Assembly (NCBI GenBank): GCA_904063045.1
Contig: CAJFCJ010000006.1
Location: 186,001-250,000 of the forward strand
DNA: 64,000 nt
Direction: 5' to 3'
Origin: Dimorphilus gyrociliatus
Lineage: Eukaryota > Animalia > Annelida
In this document: positions 1 through 17,073 of the stretch, piece by piece
How the letters are laid out: each line of letters starts with the position of its first letter
Position numbering within the stretch: position 1 is the first letter of the stretch
Program-made: the position numbers and the translations under genes
Notes under the pieces: model-generated
What the model was told of the DNA's origin: nothing
Databases searched by the model: none
The model's input: the letters and a program-made list of their open reading frames with translations, nothing else

Positions 1-1539
1 AAAGACTTTGGACAATTTTCGTCAACTGTACAAAAATCACCTAGCTTGCGCAAAACGCAATTAGACGCCGTAACGTTTTTATAGCTGATATTGCATTGGC
101 ATTTACCAAATTGACAGACAGTATCATTCATAACTGAATCGCAATCAATATTCGAAGAACAATTGTCATTCAATTGCCTTCTATGACAGATAGTTAGGAG
201 GGTATTTTCGTAATGACCTATATTACATTTACATTTGTTCGATTCGCAACTGGAAAATTGTACAGATGTGGAGCAATCTATACTTTGATCACAAGAATCT
301 TTTATCCTGTAAGGAACGCATTCCGTATGATCCAGAGATGAATAAAATCCGATTAAACAATCACATTTTGATGTATTGCAGAAGCTATGTGAAACAGCGA
401 AACTGCAGTCCGTATTCAAAGTACAGGAATCCCTTACTTTTCCTGAAATGGTAAACTATATGCTAACAAGCATAATAACTTATCAAAAATGTGCTCAAAA
501 GCTCTTTTCCACTTTTTGGGGGATTTGTGACTCAAAACAGGAAATAAAAATAAAAAGAACCCACACACATCTATGTAAAAAAGTAATTGACATGAACTTA
601 TAAAACGTATAAGAACTTACGTTTTATGCAAGTGTCCAAGGCAGCATTAACGTAGAATCCGGGGTTACAAGTACATTTTGAGCTTGTACAATTGCTGTTG
701 TTGAACGCAGCACTGCAATCGATGTTTTCAACACAAGCGTCGCCATACTTTCCTGAAGGAAAGTTATAGAAATTTTTTAAACGTCTTCTCAATTGTGTTT
801 ATAAATTATTAAACTTTACTTTTAATACAACTGTTTCCGTCTGAGCCAACATAAAAACCAGCCTTACATTGACAAGTTGACGTTTTGCAGAAAGAATTAT
901 CGACAGCGTCTCCACAGTCAGAATTGATGGAGCAGGGATCTCCCAGACGTCCTATATAATTAGTTATTAGTATTAAAGTGATTATATAATTGCTTAAAAC
1001 TTACTTAGAGTACAAACAGTATTCTTATCATTCACCATATAGCCAGATAAGCATTCGCATTTATTATTCTTACAAACAGAGTTTGATACAAATTCAGGAC
1101 AATCACAACACCAACTTGATCTACACTCTGTACCTATCCACTTTTCTGAGGAAAATATTAATAGAATATTTTTCATTATCATACGATTAAACCTACTTTC
1201 GTCGTCTTTTGAGCCACCACAATCCGAAAAGCCATCGAGTACATATGATAGAGTTGTACATCCTCCACTTGAACAGGAAAATCTACCTGGAGCTGTACAG
1301 GGACTTGAAACTTCATCGTTGTTATTAATACAATCTCTTACTCCATCATTTCTCTTAGAAGAAGCAATACAAACATTTGTTTCGCACTCGAATTCATCAG
1401 CTTGACACGCGCATTTTATCGTTGGAAGGAGGATGACTAAGGAAATAAATGATAAGAAATTAAGTTAAGTTATCTTATAGAAAACAAAATCAACTTAATA
1501 ACCTTTTACAAGTAAGATAAAGAGAAAATTCTGAAACAT
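1..1539 (-). CDS. Secreted/cell-surface protein with 2 LDL-receptor class A-like repeats followed by tandem EB/EGF-like Cys-rich repeats (3' end runs off window)
   Basis: Exons approx 1539-1503, 1436-1197, ~1149-1003, ~952-820, ~760-615, 444-<1 with GT-AG ends. Signal-like MFQNFLFILLVKVILLPT; CQADEFECETNVCI..DGVRDC..DE; at least 6 repeats of type GD.C....DC......S.C....C.C..GFY. Confidence 0.8.
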
Positions 1540-2973
1540 AGTCGACGGCGACGTCGCAAAGAAGTTCTTTAAAAGTCCAAACACCTCCTTCTAAGATAAT
1601 GTTGTCTGAATAAAAACTCAATGAGAAATAATTGGTGAAAGCTCTTTGAATAAATCACATAAAATTGTTGAATAATAGACACCAATTATTGAAATCATCA
1701 ACGACACGAAACGTTCAGCGTCGCTTAAGCGACTGACGTTTCTTTTTCTATTATTTCCTTTTCAAAACGCCGACTTTTACCTAAGCGTATAAAACACTCG
1801 ATAAGTTCTTGTTCAGCCCGATGAACATTTGCTTCTTTGTTCTTTTTTTTTTGTTTTACTGTTCGATTTATAAGTAGGCTTATAAACTTCTATAAATCTT
1901 CATAACGTTTTTAGAGGGCTTATTAATTAGGAATATAGCTTGTCAAAGAATGAAAGAAATTACTTTTGTATATGAGCTTCTATTTGTTACTAAAGGTACT
2001 AAAGCCAAAAATCTTATCATTCATTAATTTACTTATCAGAATAGGTTAAATAGAATTCAAAAAATGGGATTTAATGATGAATATTCTGTAAGTAATTCAT
2101 AAGACACAAGCATAGTGATATTACAGTATAATAAATGCAACTTAAATTTGGGACACAGTGCAGTCAAATATTCTTAATCTTCTATCTTTTGTATTTTGTT
2201 TTATTGTTTTTGTTCAAAAAAACAAAATATTACCACATGAGTCAGTTGTACACCATGACAACCGTTAGAAAACTTATAACGAATCATGACTGTGACCCAC
2301 AAATTTATGATTTTAAATTATTCATTTCAACTCTGTTTTTTTTTCTTTCTTTTGAATCTTATCGTAAGCTTGAATTAAAACATTATTTTATAAGCCTATA
2401 ATGGACCCATAATTTAGATAAAATATGATTTCGTTAAATTTAAGTTATCGTGATTAACGAACGTAATTTTTAAATCATTAATTTCGTGTATTCAATCTCC
2501 TTGACTGAGGAATTCAACAAACTGTCTTGCGAATTATCTTGATAAGATAGAGTGAAAGATATGAAACATTATGCTTGGCCTTAATTATTTTTAATCCAAT
2601 CATGTAATATTGTCTTGTAGGTTGGCAAAAAAGTAAAGTTCCAGCACTGGTATCTAATTTCTCTATTTCAAAAGGCATGCATCTATTAACAAGACAATTA
2701 ATATTTAATTATCATTTCTTAATTATTAAAAATAGAAGGCATTTGAAATAGGACCATCTCCCTTTGAGATTATGGAATTCTTTACAGTGTAATCGACCTG
2801 TACTATGCTATCATTGATAAACGTCATACCCTCAAAACATTTGTTATCTTCAAATCTTATCATCGATAACGAAAGAAAAGCAAAATATAAGCGAAAACTT
2901 TTACTCAGACATTTGACCGACGAGAAAAGAAGTTGCACAGGTTTAAACAGAAGATAATCTAAAAAAATTATCT

Positions 2974-5225
2974 ATGTCGGGTAGCTCTGGTATTTCGTGG
3001 GAGTCCCTCTCCTTGAGTTTTCGGAGTGGGGTGGAGACATTTGCATCGGCTGGAGGATCGGGAGTTAAATCCGTAAAAATCGGTGCGGCGGATATTACGA
3101 CAATTGTCGCCTACTTCGTTTTTGTAATGGGAGTCGGGCTTGTAGTAAGTAGAGCATGAGTGCAAATAATAATAATAAAGAACAATAAATAAAAGGAAAA
3201 GTCGAGCCTAATTAAATTTCTCATTTTTGATCTTTTCAGTCAATGATCGGAGTCGATACATCGTCGGAAGAAGGCTATTTCCTTGCTGGTAGATTTATGA
3301 CGTGGCTGCCCGTTGGTGCTTCTCTCTTCGCAACAAATATAGGTTCTGAACATTATGTTGGCTTGTCGGGCTCTGGGGCTGAAGCTGGTATCGGTGTTGG
3401 TGCATTCGAATTGAATGCTCTCCTTTTACTGCCACTATTGGGTTGGGTATTTATTCCAGTCTATATGGCATCGGGAGTGGGTACTCTACCAGAGTATATG
3501 ACCAAAAGATACGGTGGACAAAGAATCAGAATGATGTTATCAGTTGTATCTTTAGTTATGTACATATTCACAAAGAATTCAGTAGATATGTACTCTGGTG
3601 CTTTATTTATTCAACAAGCGATTGGTTGGAATCTTTACCTTTCGGTTGCACTCCTTCTGGCTATGACAATCCTCTCAACTCTCACTGGAGGATTGGCTGC
3701 GGTTATCTACACGGATACCCTCCAATGCGTAATTATGATTTTAGGAGCCCTGGTTCTATTCATTTTGGGTATTGTTAAAGTTGGAGGATTTGAGGCCCTG
3801 TATTACAAATATCCGAGAGCTGTTGCGGAAGAAACCGCTCAGTCTATCGCGAAGGGTTACACTAATCTCACCTGCGGCCTTCCACCTAAAGATTCTTGGC
3901 AAATGATGAGAAGACCTGGCGATCATGAAATGCCATGGGCTGGTTTTGTATTTGGTCAAACAACATCTTCTTTATGGTATTGGTGCGCAGATCAAATGAT
4001 GGTACAAAGAGTTCTCGCCGCTAAAAATTTGTCACACGCTCAAGGTGGTTGTCTATTTTGCGCTATTATCAAGATAATCCCCATGTTTGCCATGGTTATG
4101 CCTGGTATGATTGCCAGAGTTTTATATCCGGAAGAGATAGCTTGCGCATCGAAAGAAGCTTGTCAAGAGTTTTGTGAGAACGATTACAGTTGCTCCAACA
4201 TTGCTTATCCTAAATTGGTTTTGGGACTTATGCCAGCAGGTTTACGAGGTTTCATGATTGCGGTTATGCTTTCAGCCACAATGAGTGACTTGAGTTCAAC
4301 ATTCAATTCGGCCAGTACTTTATTCACAATGGATCTCTACAAACACCTCAGGAAGAAGGCCGGTATCAAGGAACTTATGATTGTCGGTCGTATTTCTGTT
4401 GTTTTAGTCGTAGGTGTTGGTATTGCTACGATTCCTCTTATTCAAAAGTTGCAAGGACCTCAATTATTTACATATATCCAGTCAATTACAAATTATATCT
4501 CTCCATCAATCGCCGCCATTTACCTTGTAGCAATTCTATGGCCGAGGTCAAATGAAAAGGGAACATTTTGGTCATTGACTATTGGTTTTGTTATTGGCGT
4601 AATTAGAATGATTCTGGGTTTCGTTTTCCGGGCACCAAATTGCGCTGAAGACGATACCAGAAATCCATTTTTCAAAATACATTACATGTACAATGCCATT
4701 GGTATATTTTGGATTGTAATCATTATAAATGTGGTACTAAGTCTGGCTACTGAAGCACAAGACAAAGAAAGAACGATTAGAACTATGTTCTTCACAAGAT
4801 ACGATAGAACATTGAGATCGGATGAAATCCCTGAAGACGATGAACCAGTATCTAATGTGGTCGAAAGTAGCGGAATCGTTGATAAAAGTAAGTGATTCAT
4901 TTTTGTTACCCTATAACTATAATAAGTGGGAATATTTACTTCCTTTACAGTCGAAATTGATGTCAAACCAGAGAAATCTGTAGGCAAACGAATTTATGAT
5001 TTCCTGTGCGGTATTCAAGATGAATCGGAGATTGTAAAAAGAACCGCAAAGGAAAAATTAACAACGTTGTTAGAAAGTACATCAATCAATCAGAAGAGAC
5101 ACGAAAGAGTCCTATTAAGTATAGGAATGATATTCACTGCTGTGATCGGAGTCTTCCTCCTTCTATTTTTCACAGTCCCTTTCGATACAGAAGGAAGAGA
5201 TCCAACATATTATGCCTGGACTTAA
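2974..5225 (+). CDS. Sodium:solute symporter, SGLT/SMIT (SLC5A1/3/9/11-like) subfamily
   Basis: Exons 2974-3144, 3240-~4889, 4951-5225. Motifs GYFLAGR, GASLFATNIGSEHYVGL, WYWCADQMMVQRVLAAK, C-terminal TM helix. Confidence 0.93.
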
Positions 5226-6057
5226 AACAAACAAACAAACAAACTGTCTTTTAATGTCAACGGTAAAAAAAATTTATTTGTTTCTTCTTCTCTACATATA
5301 CCAAAAAACACTGTTTAAATAAGAATCGCATAATATATACGCATATATACAGATATTATATACTGTATATACTAATTAGAATGATATATATTAGTATATA
5401 TAGATTATAAAGAACCTTTTTTTACTAAAAGAAGAGTAATTTTGAAATGACTATCTGTTATATTTTATGCTTAACCTAAAAAACGTCCTCTTTTTTTATC
5501 CCTCCCTCCTCTTTCTTCTTTGTACATATGTACTGGATATATAATTTTAAAAGAGTAATGTTATGTGTTATGTAATAAAAGCAAAAAAAAGATGAAAGAA
5601 TGTGATTAATTTGTACGATTTCAGGAATACCATTTTTTTTTTGATAAAAAATGTTACTTCTGAAAAAAGTGACATCAATTTACCTAGAAAATGTTCTAAT
5701 TAGTTGGAATGTTATCAATAATTATCAATTTATCTTTATATAATAGAGCTTGTATATATAATATGCATTTATATATGTATGTACGAACATATATTTGATA
5801 TAAATTCATTATTGTAGTAAAATTCATGAACTTTGTTTTCTAGACCTTAAGATTAAAATGTAAAAGAATGATGGTTAATCTAAAACATTGAAGGAATGCT
5901 AATTAATAGTTTGCAATCTGTAACATAGATAAACATCTTTATGGGAAATTTTTATCAAATGCTTTGAAAAGTGTTAGTAATTGGGACGAAACTGTATTCA
6001 TTTTTTTATTTAAACATAATTACACTTGAAAAAACTGCGATAATTAACCCAAGCTGG

Positions 6058-6069
6058 CGCCAGATGGCG
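6058..6069 (+). promoter_or_regulatory. CTCF-like motif CGCCAGATGGCG upstream of NQO-like gene
   Basis: Near-consensus; CACGTG E-box about 70 nt downstream. Confidence 0.4.
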
Positions 6070-6502
6070 ATTTAGTCGCATCTGTCAATGAATCGAAAAT
6101 TATGATGGTGAATTTATAGTTAATTACAAAAATTTCCGTCACGTGGGATGTCAGTGTAAAAGCGAAGAATGTGTTCGTTTAAACAATAACGTCCCATTTT
6201 TATATAATATATATAAATATATATTTTATACTCTCTTTATCAAATTATTAAATATATAAATAGATATTAAAATGCTATTAAGATATCTAATTTCAAGTTT
6301 AATATTCCCTAAATATTATTATAACCAATAGTTTCATAAAAATACCATATAATAACTTCCTGTTGTTTAAAGAACTTCTCATAGAAACAAAACTTTAAGG
6401 TAAGTAATCATGACATTGTGAAAAATCGGCAACACCGATGGGTTTAACGTTAATCAATAATATCGCTAAAATCAGAGCTGTTTGAACGTTTCCATAGTCG
6501 CG

Positions 6503-7510
6503 ATGAGGGTGCTTGTGGTATACGCTCATAATGAAAAGAAGAGTTTTAACCATGCCCTTCTCGATTCGGCTATTAGGACACTTGAAGAAGAAGGTCATAA
6601 TGTTACAGTGTCTGATTTATATGAGCAAGAATTTGATCCGGTGATATCAAGGAAGGATTTTACTCCAGAATACGAGATAGATCGAAGAGAACATGTAAAT
6701 TACGCTCTAGAATATGGAAAGGCCTGGAAAGAAGGTAGGATTGACAAAAAAATTGTGAGAGAGCAAGAGAAATTAGATGAAGCCGATTTGGTCATTTTTC
6801 AATTTCCTATGTTCTGGATGTCAATGCCTGCAATATTAAAAGGGTGGTTTGATAGGGTTTTTATTGAGAATTACGCTTTTGGAGAAGGTGGAAAATATTA
6901 CGACACTGCCCGATTTTCGGGTAAAAAGGCTTTAATCAGTATAACAACTGGAGGAGGGAGAGGATGGTTCACGGATCACAGTCCAAATGGAGACATTAAT
7001 GTTATCTTATGGCCTATACAAGTAGGTATAATTGACGTATGTCTCAAATCTATAATATTTTATCTCCTTTAAAGAGTATTACCTAAATGATAAGAGATAT
7101 AGTATATCACCTGATCTTAAGGAGATTTAGGTTAGAATAATATATATATATCTATATTTATGCGTATAATTAATTAACAGAATGGAATTTTACGTTTCGT
7201 CGGCTTTGACGTATTGGCCGCCCAAGTTCACTACGCAGTTGAAACAGCAACTGAAAAAGAGAGGCAATTAATACTATCGGGTTGGACGAAAAGATTAAAG
7301 AGGCTAAGCGAAGAAAAACCAATTGAATTCGTATCTCTGTCACAATACGAATACGAAGACGCATCAAAACCAATACAAGGAATGCGATTAAAGGAAAAAA
7401 CACTTGACCAGAACGCAGACTCTGGTTTCGGTTTAACTGTTGGCCAGCATTTAGGCAAGCCCATACCGCCAAATTCATTGATATATAACAATAAAGTTAT
7501 TGAAAGCTAA
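6503..7510 (+). CDS. NAD(P)H:quinone oxidoreductase (flavodoxin-2 fold) with NQO1-type C-terminal extension
   Basis: Exons 6503-7021, 7181-7510. VLVVYAH, VSDLY, FQFPMFW...PAILKGWFDRVF, GDINVILWPIQ|NGILRFVGF, FGLTVGQHLGKPIP. Confidence 0.92.
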
Positions 7511-8736
7511 TATGCAACCCCAACTATACAACTAAACATTTTATAATATTCCTAAAATATTCGTACAAAAAAATGTCTAATCTCTTAAAACTTATCTATA
7601 TAAATAATCACATGATAAAAAAATGTAGCTGTTAAAAAATTATTGTCAAAGGTAGAGAAGTAGAGAGAGAGTTTAAAAATAATCATCTACTCTTATTATT
7701 AGATTATTGGCTATATTGTTTATATAGGAAAAATATTGTTGTGCATATTGTATAAATATATATATATATATATTAGATATATTTTTATTCAATAATAAAC
7801 TAACTCCATCTATAATACAAATTGAAAAATAAATAGAAAATATTGGTGATAAAAAGGAAAGATATTTTAATTAGACTTAGTAGAATATCTTGTAATATAA
7901 AGGGAAAATAAAATTAACATGTCACATGATTTTGATGAACTTGCACTATTTTAATTAACAACAGGAAATTATTGACAAAATCCCAACCGACTTACTTAGA
8001 CCTTTAAGTGCATGAAATTATTGCTTTTTTAGCATAAAAAACACTTATTTAATGTCACCAAATCTTAATAAGTGTCAATATCTACATTTAAATTTAAAAA
8101 AAAAAGAAAAAAAGGAAAGAACTTCGTGTTTTATCTAATTTGGGTAAACAGTTTACTTTCTTAGTGACAATTACTCAATTTTCAATAGTTTAATTGATGT
8201 CTAGACAATTGTTCCTCTGTCAAAAATATTCTTTACTACTGTAAATACATAGTCAAATGTTAATAGTTGTTTGTCTTCGATTACGTAATTATCTTTGTTA
8301 ATTATTTTATCCAACCACAGAGCAGATTTTTAGTTCAATCTATTGCGTATATACATATATAGACGGTTAGAAAGAGTTCAGATTGATAGTATGAGAGTTT
8401 CAATTAAGTGAGATAACAAGAAAGTTCATTCTCTGATTTAAAGAGCTCCCTTCAAATCAAAAGATAGTATAGAAAACTGGTAATTCTTCTTCATAAAAGC
8501 CACGTCGCTATAGAGATAACAGAAAAAAAAAGACGCCTATCCTCCGTCTGAGGGCGCTGTTTTAGATGAGGATAGTGTTCATCAAATAGAACGACAAATG
8601 ATAGATAAAGTGGAAAATTACTCAAAGCCAAAAGACGTATAAACGAGGAACTTAGATTTTAATTTAAGAGATTGATTTGCAACTCAGAATTATGCAACCG
8701 TTTGTTATTGTTAGAAGACATAATATTCAAAACTCA

Positions 8737-8997
8737 ATGGTGGATTTTGTTCTCAAAGAAGTGTCTTTACGGTTAAATGGTACCGAAATAAATGGCCGAC
8801 TTCCTTCATTCGTTTGTAGAGAAACCGAAGGTCAAGTTTGGGAGAGAATAAGGCAAAAGTATGGATTTGATTGGGATGTGTATTTAAGGAAAGCGGATGA
8901 TGATCAATTTTGGGATTTAGAAGTACGACCGCCAAATAGTTTTAATAGTTATTTAGAATTGCACTTAAAAGACTACGTAATCATAGTTACGGCCTAA
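8737..8997 (+). CDS. Small orphan ORF (86 aa), possible PB1/ubiquitin-like beta-grasp domain
   Basis: Single open frame in AT-rich intergenic DNA, globular composition, YLRKADDDQFWDL acidic loop; no homologue recognised. Confidence 0.45.
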   Translation: MVDFVLKEVSLRLNGTEINGRLPSFVCRETEGQVWERIRQKYGFDWDVYLRKADDDQFWDLEVRPPNSFNSYLELHLKDYVIIVTA

Positions 8998-9603
8998 ACA
9001 AAACATACTTGAATACTCGTGTGGAAGAGTATTTGATTTTTACTTGAAATAAGAGAAATGATCTTCAAGATGAGGATAAATCAACGACGATTGGTATTTT
9101 CCCAAGATTATTTCAACTATAAATGTTTAACTCTCATTTGCATACATTCAGGATATTTACCTTTTATTTATCATTCTCATGTTCTTCTCATTATGTCTTT
9201 TCAATATTTTGTATAATAATAAATTATTCAAGTTTAATAGAAAAATTACAATTGTTCTTAATCTTTCACCATAAAAAAATGAGAATCTTCACTTTCCGCG
9301 TCTTCCAATATTTTTTAAAAAAAAAAAAAAGACGCCAAAAATCATTAATACTATATATATATATACATTAGTGTGCGAACTGTTGTAGTAAATGCTTTAC
9401 GGAAGAATACTCAAAAGAGAGACAAAATCTGAGCTTTTTTTTTGTTTTTGTCTCTTTTTTTTTCTTTCACTCTCTACACCTCTTTTTCTCCTTCTTTCTT
9501 TCTTTCTCTCTTTCTCATTTTATCTCTTTCTCCCTCTCTTCAGTAATTACTAAAAGAAAACAAAGAAATCTCTCATTAACTTAAGATATAATTTTAATTA
9601 TTA

Positions 9604-13457
<3,854 letters not shown>

Positions 13458-14094
13458 TTCTAAGATTATATAATGTCAAATAAGTTTAAGAGGAACTCTT
13501 TTCCGTTTCAGATCTGAACTTGCACTTGTATACTTTAAAGAATGATATATCCAAATGTAAGTTTTTATACTGTGCTCTACACGATTGCTTCTTAGATAAT
13601 TAATGATAAGAAAATTAAAACTCTTATAAACAGTTTCTCAAGAATTGCATAACCTCGGTAAATTACGTAATAATTAATAATTACACTTTTTCATCGCTAT
13701 CCAATGTATGCATCAAGCTAGTAACACAAGAATGGAAAAGCTGCTCTGTGCTGTACTTTTTTTTGGAATGCGGTCATTTAGGCCTATTATTAGATAATCC
13801 CTCAACAGATTAGATATTACGAGTTTTTTCAATGATATAGTTAGTTTTAGTTCTTCTTAATTGGATAATAAACAAAAACTTCAATCGTCTAAACATTCTT
13901 AGTATAATATTCTAAATTATTTTTCCAAATGAAACCATGTCAACTGATTATTTAAGAAGATAGATAGTAAATTTTTATTAATATATTTTAATGTTATTAT
14001 CAGTTATGCTTCATTTATACCATCTAAAAATAATTATTAATATAACCTCTATCTATTAAGATATATATATATATATAAATATATTATATATTAG

Positions 14095-14095
<1 letters not shown>

Positions 14096-14124
<29 letters not shown>
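14096..14124. repeat. (TA)n microsatellite
   Basis: About 14 uninterrupted TA units. Confidence 0.9.
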
Positions 14125-14130
<6 letters not shown>

Positions 14131-15007
14131 GTATAGGAATTTAATCGTTAAGACCAGCTTCAGGCACGCAGTTTTTTTTTTACTGAAGTGTCCTAGACGG
14201 AGACAGATTTAAAGGCTTTCAGTTACCTTTAGATAATAGATTACCTATAGCAAAGTAATATAAATTCAAGTATATACAGTATATAAAATATAACATATAA
14301 TATGTTTATCATTTTCAGAGAATAAACGCCGTATTATTAAATAATAAATTGAGAAAATTTTCTTTTCTTATTCTAAACGAAAAAAATCTAGCAATAAAAA
14401 TGTTACGTAACACTTTCTATATCTCTCTTACTTTTTTTAAGTTGTAGACCATAAAAATATTTATGAATCTATAAATAGTCGTTTAAGTATGAAAAACAAA
14501 TATATAAGATAGGAAATATATATAAACTCCTCGACAGTCTGTTAAGAGTATCTCTATTCGCCATCCTCTTTTTTTTTATTATTATCATCTAAGTATACTA
14601 CTTATTCTCCATCTCTATTGGAGGATAGAACTAAAAAGGTTTAACTGAGAGAATGTTGTTTCTTGAAAATATTATTTACAAACTTTTCTCAGTAAGATTT
14701 AATTACTATATTAGAATTCTATGAATGAGCCTTAAAGAGCAAATAGACTTGTAAGTCTTTCCACATTTAACCGAATAATGCAACGAAATCGAGTAATAAT
14801 TAGATTAATTACACCGTTAATCTATTTAATTTAAATATACTATTGAATATAATTTACATATTAATAAAGCTTATTTAAAAAACAAAAAGAGGCAATCGTG
14901 CATTTTAAAAAATGTTTTCATATTTATATGTATATATGTTTATTAATCAGTTTCCCTATAGTTTACAACAGAGATTACCTGCTTTTTTGGATTATGACCT
15001 AAGCGGG

Positions 15008-15597
15008 ATGACACTTATTCCTAGTCATAGCGGGAGAATATGTATATACGAGATAACTTACTGTAAGGATTGCATTGAAAATAATAGAAAATTTTACACC
15101 TTAGCCAATCAAGTACCGTTAGGTAGATTATTCACACTTTGCATTATCTAATAAATTAAACAATTCCAAGTATTATTTAATAAGATACGAATTTGGATGA
15201 ATTTCAACAGTATTCTAGTGGAAGTTATACATATTTAAATTGCTCAAATGATGTTTTGGAGTCAACTACTAGAAAGAATTTTTGCTGTATTACTGCAAAA
15301 AGTTGTTGTTCACCCCCAACCAGAGCAATAGCTTCTATAATTATCTGTATAATGATATTAATATCTTTTGCATTTTCTACTTGTTTATTTATAAAATTCA
15401 TAAAATACATGAAAAGTATAAAAAGAAAGCAAAAACGAAATTTCTGTAATAAGACTAGAATATCAAATAAAGATTTAAAGTGTTTAGAAGAGATTATTCA
15501 AGATGATCAACATCAACTGGTACAATTTTATTATTTATCCCTTTCACTTATCTAATTTATTCTATTTATTTATTAGATGAATGAAATTTCGCAATAA
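15008..15597 (+). CDS. Small single-pass membrane protein with Cys-rich (C..CC..CC) ectodomain, Shisa/VOPP1-like pattern
   Basis: Exons 15008-15124, 15185-~15519, 15577-15597 splice in frame; LNC..FCCITAKSCC then hydrophobic AIASIIICIMILISFAFSTCLFI and basic tail. True start may lie upstream. Confidence 0.55.
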
Positions 15598-15906
15598 AAG
15601 AAAACTATATTAATTAAAGATAAAAATTCATTAAATATCTTATTATCTATTTGTTGTTTATAGTGTTTTAATTAATATATATTCCTTCTAGTTGGCTTTT
15701 ATACTTTGATAAAATGTTTACTTCTTTATTATTATTGACATATGAATTTTCATTTAAGAATATATAATATTAACTATTTAATATTATTACTAACTATCCA
15801 ACTTTTGCATTTTATTAGTTTTTAAATACGAACTAACAAAGACAGCATTCTTTTTTTAACGCTTTTTATACGTAAAGCCGGTATAAACAACCACGAATCT
15901 CATAAA

Positions 15907-16387
15907 ATGGCTGCTGTAAGTCTATTTTTAAAACCTTATATAGTTTAATTAATTCGTTTAGGTATTAATTTTATATGCAAAATATATATTTAAGTTGGCG
16001 ATTATCTTTTATTTTTACGTTTTGAAAGAAATAAACCCCGATTTTCGTTCAACTCTTTATTTCGTGCGCTAGGTTATGCCGGTAAATCCGAAACCCTTTC
16101 TAAATAATTTGACTGGGAAGCCCGTGATCGTAAGATTGAAATGGGGAATGGAGTATAAAGGATACCTTGTTGCTGTTGATGGATATATGAATTTACAGGT
16201 AAAAGTACGAAAATGCTTTGCTAAAGCAACGAGTTTTATAAAAGTTTTCCTATAGCTCGATAACACCGAAGAGTACATTGATGGCGTTCTTTCTGGTAAT
16301 TTAGGCGAAATACTAATTCGATGCAACAATGTCTTGCATATTCGAGGAACAGATGAAGAGAACGAAGATGGGGAAATGAAAGATTGA
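15907..16387 (+). CDS. SNRPF: Small nuclear ribonucleoprotein SmF
   Basis: 3 exons: MAA|[42 protein letters not shown]|[23 protein letters not shown]. Confidence 0.97.
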
Positions 16388-16487
16388 AGCTACTTATTTT
16401 TTGTCAAAAATTTTGACCATGTTGTTCATTTGATGTATTAGGATTTAACACAAGCATAACTATTTCTTTATTTGGAAATTAAAATGT

Positions 16488-16728
16488 CTAAGGTGAAGCT
16501 GATTGCATAATTGCTTGGGCAGAAGATTCAGCATCCTGTACGGCGATTGCTAATTCTCTTGTAACAATAATTGCTGCTGCAAATAATCCGATGCTCTTGA
16601 CAATTTGCCTGTGTAAATTTATATTTAATGTCGAACAAATAAATTACATATTTGCCTTACCATCTGAATGGATCTGTATATAGAGATGATACGGAAGAAA
16701 TTATACTATTTCGCGATTTACCGGCCAT
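16488..16728 (-). CDS. 62-aa micropeptide resembling mitochondrial import subunit TOM6
   Basis: Two exons join in phase (TG|G=Trp): MAGKSRNSIISSVSSLYTDPFRWQIVKSIGLFAAAIIVTRELA...; GLFAA-centred TM recalls TOMM6 LGLFAAGVWLARNL. Confidence 0.7.
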
Positions 16729-17073
16729 TATAAACTTGAGAGTGAATATTTATAAAAAAAAAAGAAAGGACTTAAATTGCACGCTGTCCTTCAGTTGCAG
16801 AAAACTTTTACGTCACTTCCTCTAAAAAATATTTATTTCGGCTAATAGATGGCACTAGGGACGCCATCGATTTTATTAAGGCCTAATAATTTTTAAACTA
16901 GATGTAAGCGTTATCTAAAATATGTTGTCTAGATTATTTGTAGATAAAACAATAAATGCACACCTTCTGAGACCATGTTTACAACGTCAAGTTCCTGAAT
17001 CCTTTATTGTAAAGTCGAATTTTTCTGAGGAAAAACTTAGGCCTACAATTTGTCTATAATTGCTAGTGATAAA

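Noticed and set aside
1710-1740. 14-bp palindrome GTCGCTTAAGCGAC (1720-1733)
   Set aside because: Isolated, no second copy or TSD.
9413-9541. Short inverted repeat and ~100-nt pyrimidine tract
   Set aside because: Low-complexity sequence with no supporting structure.
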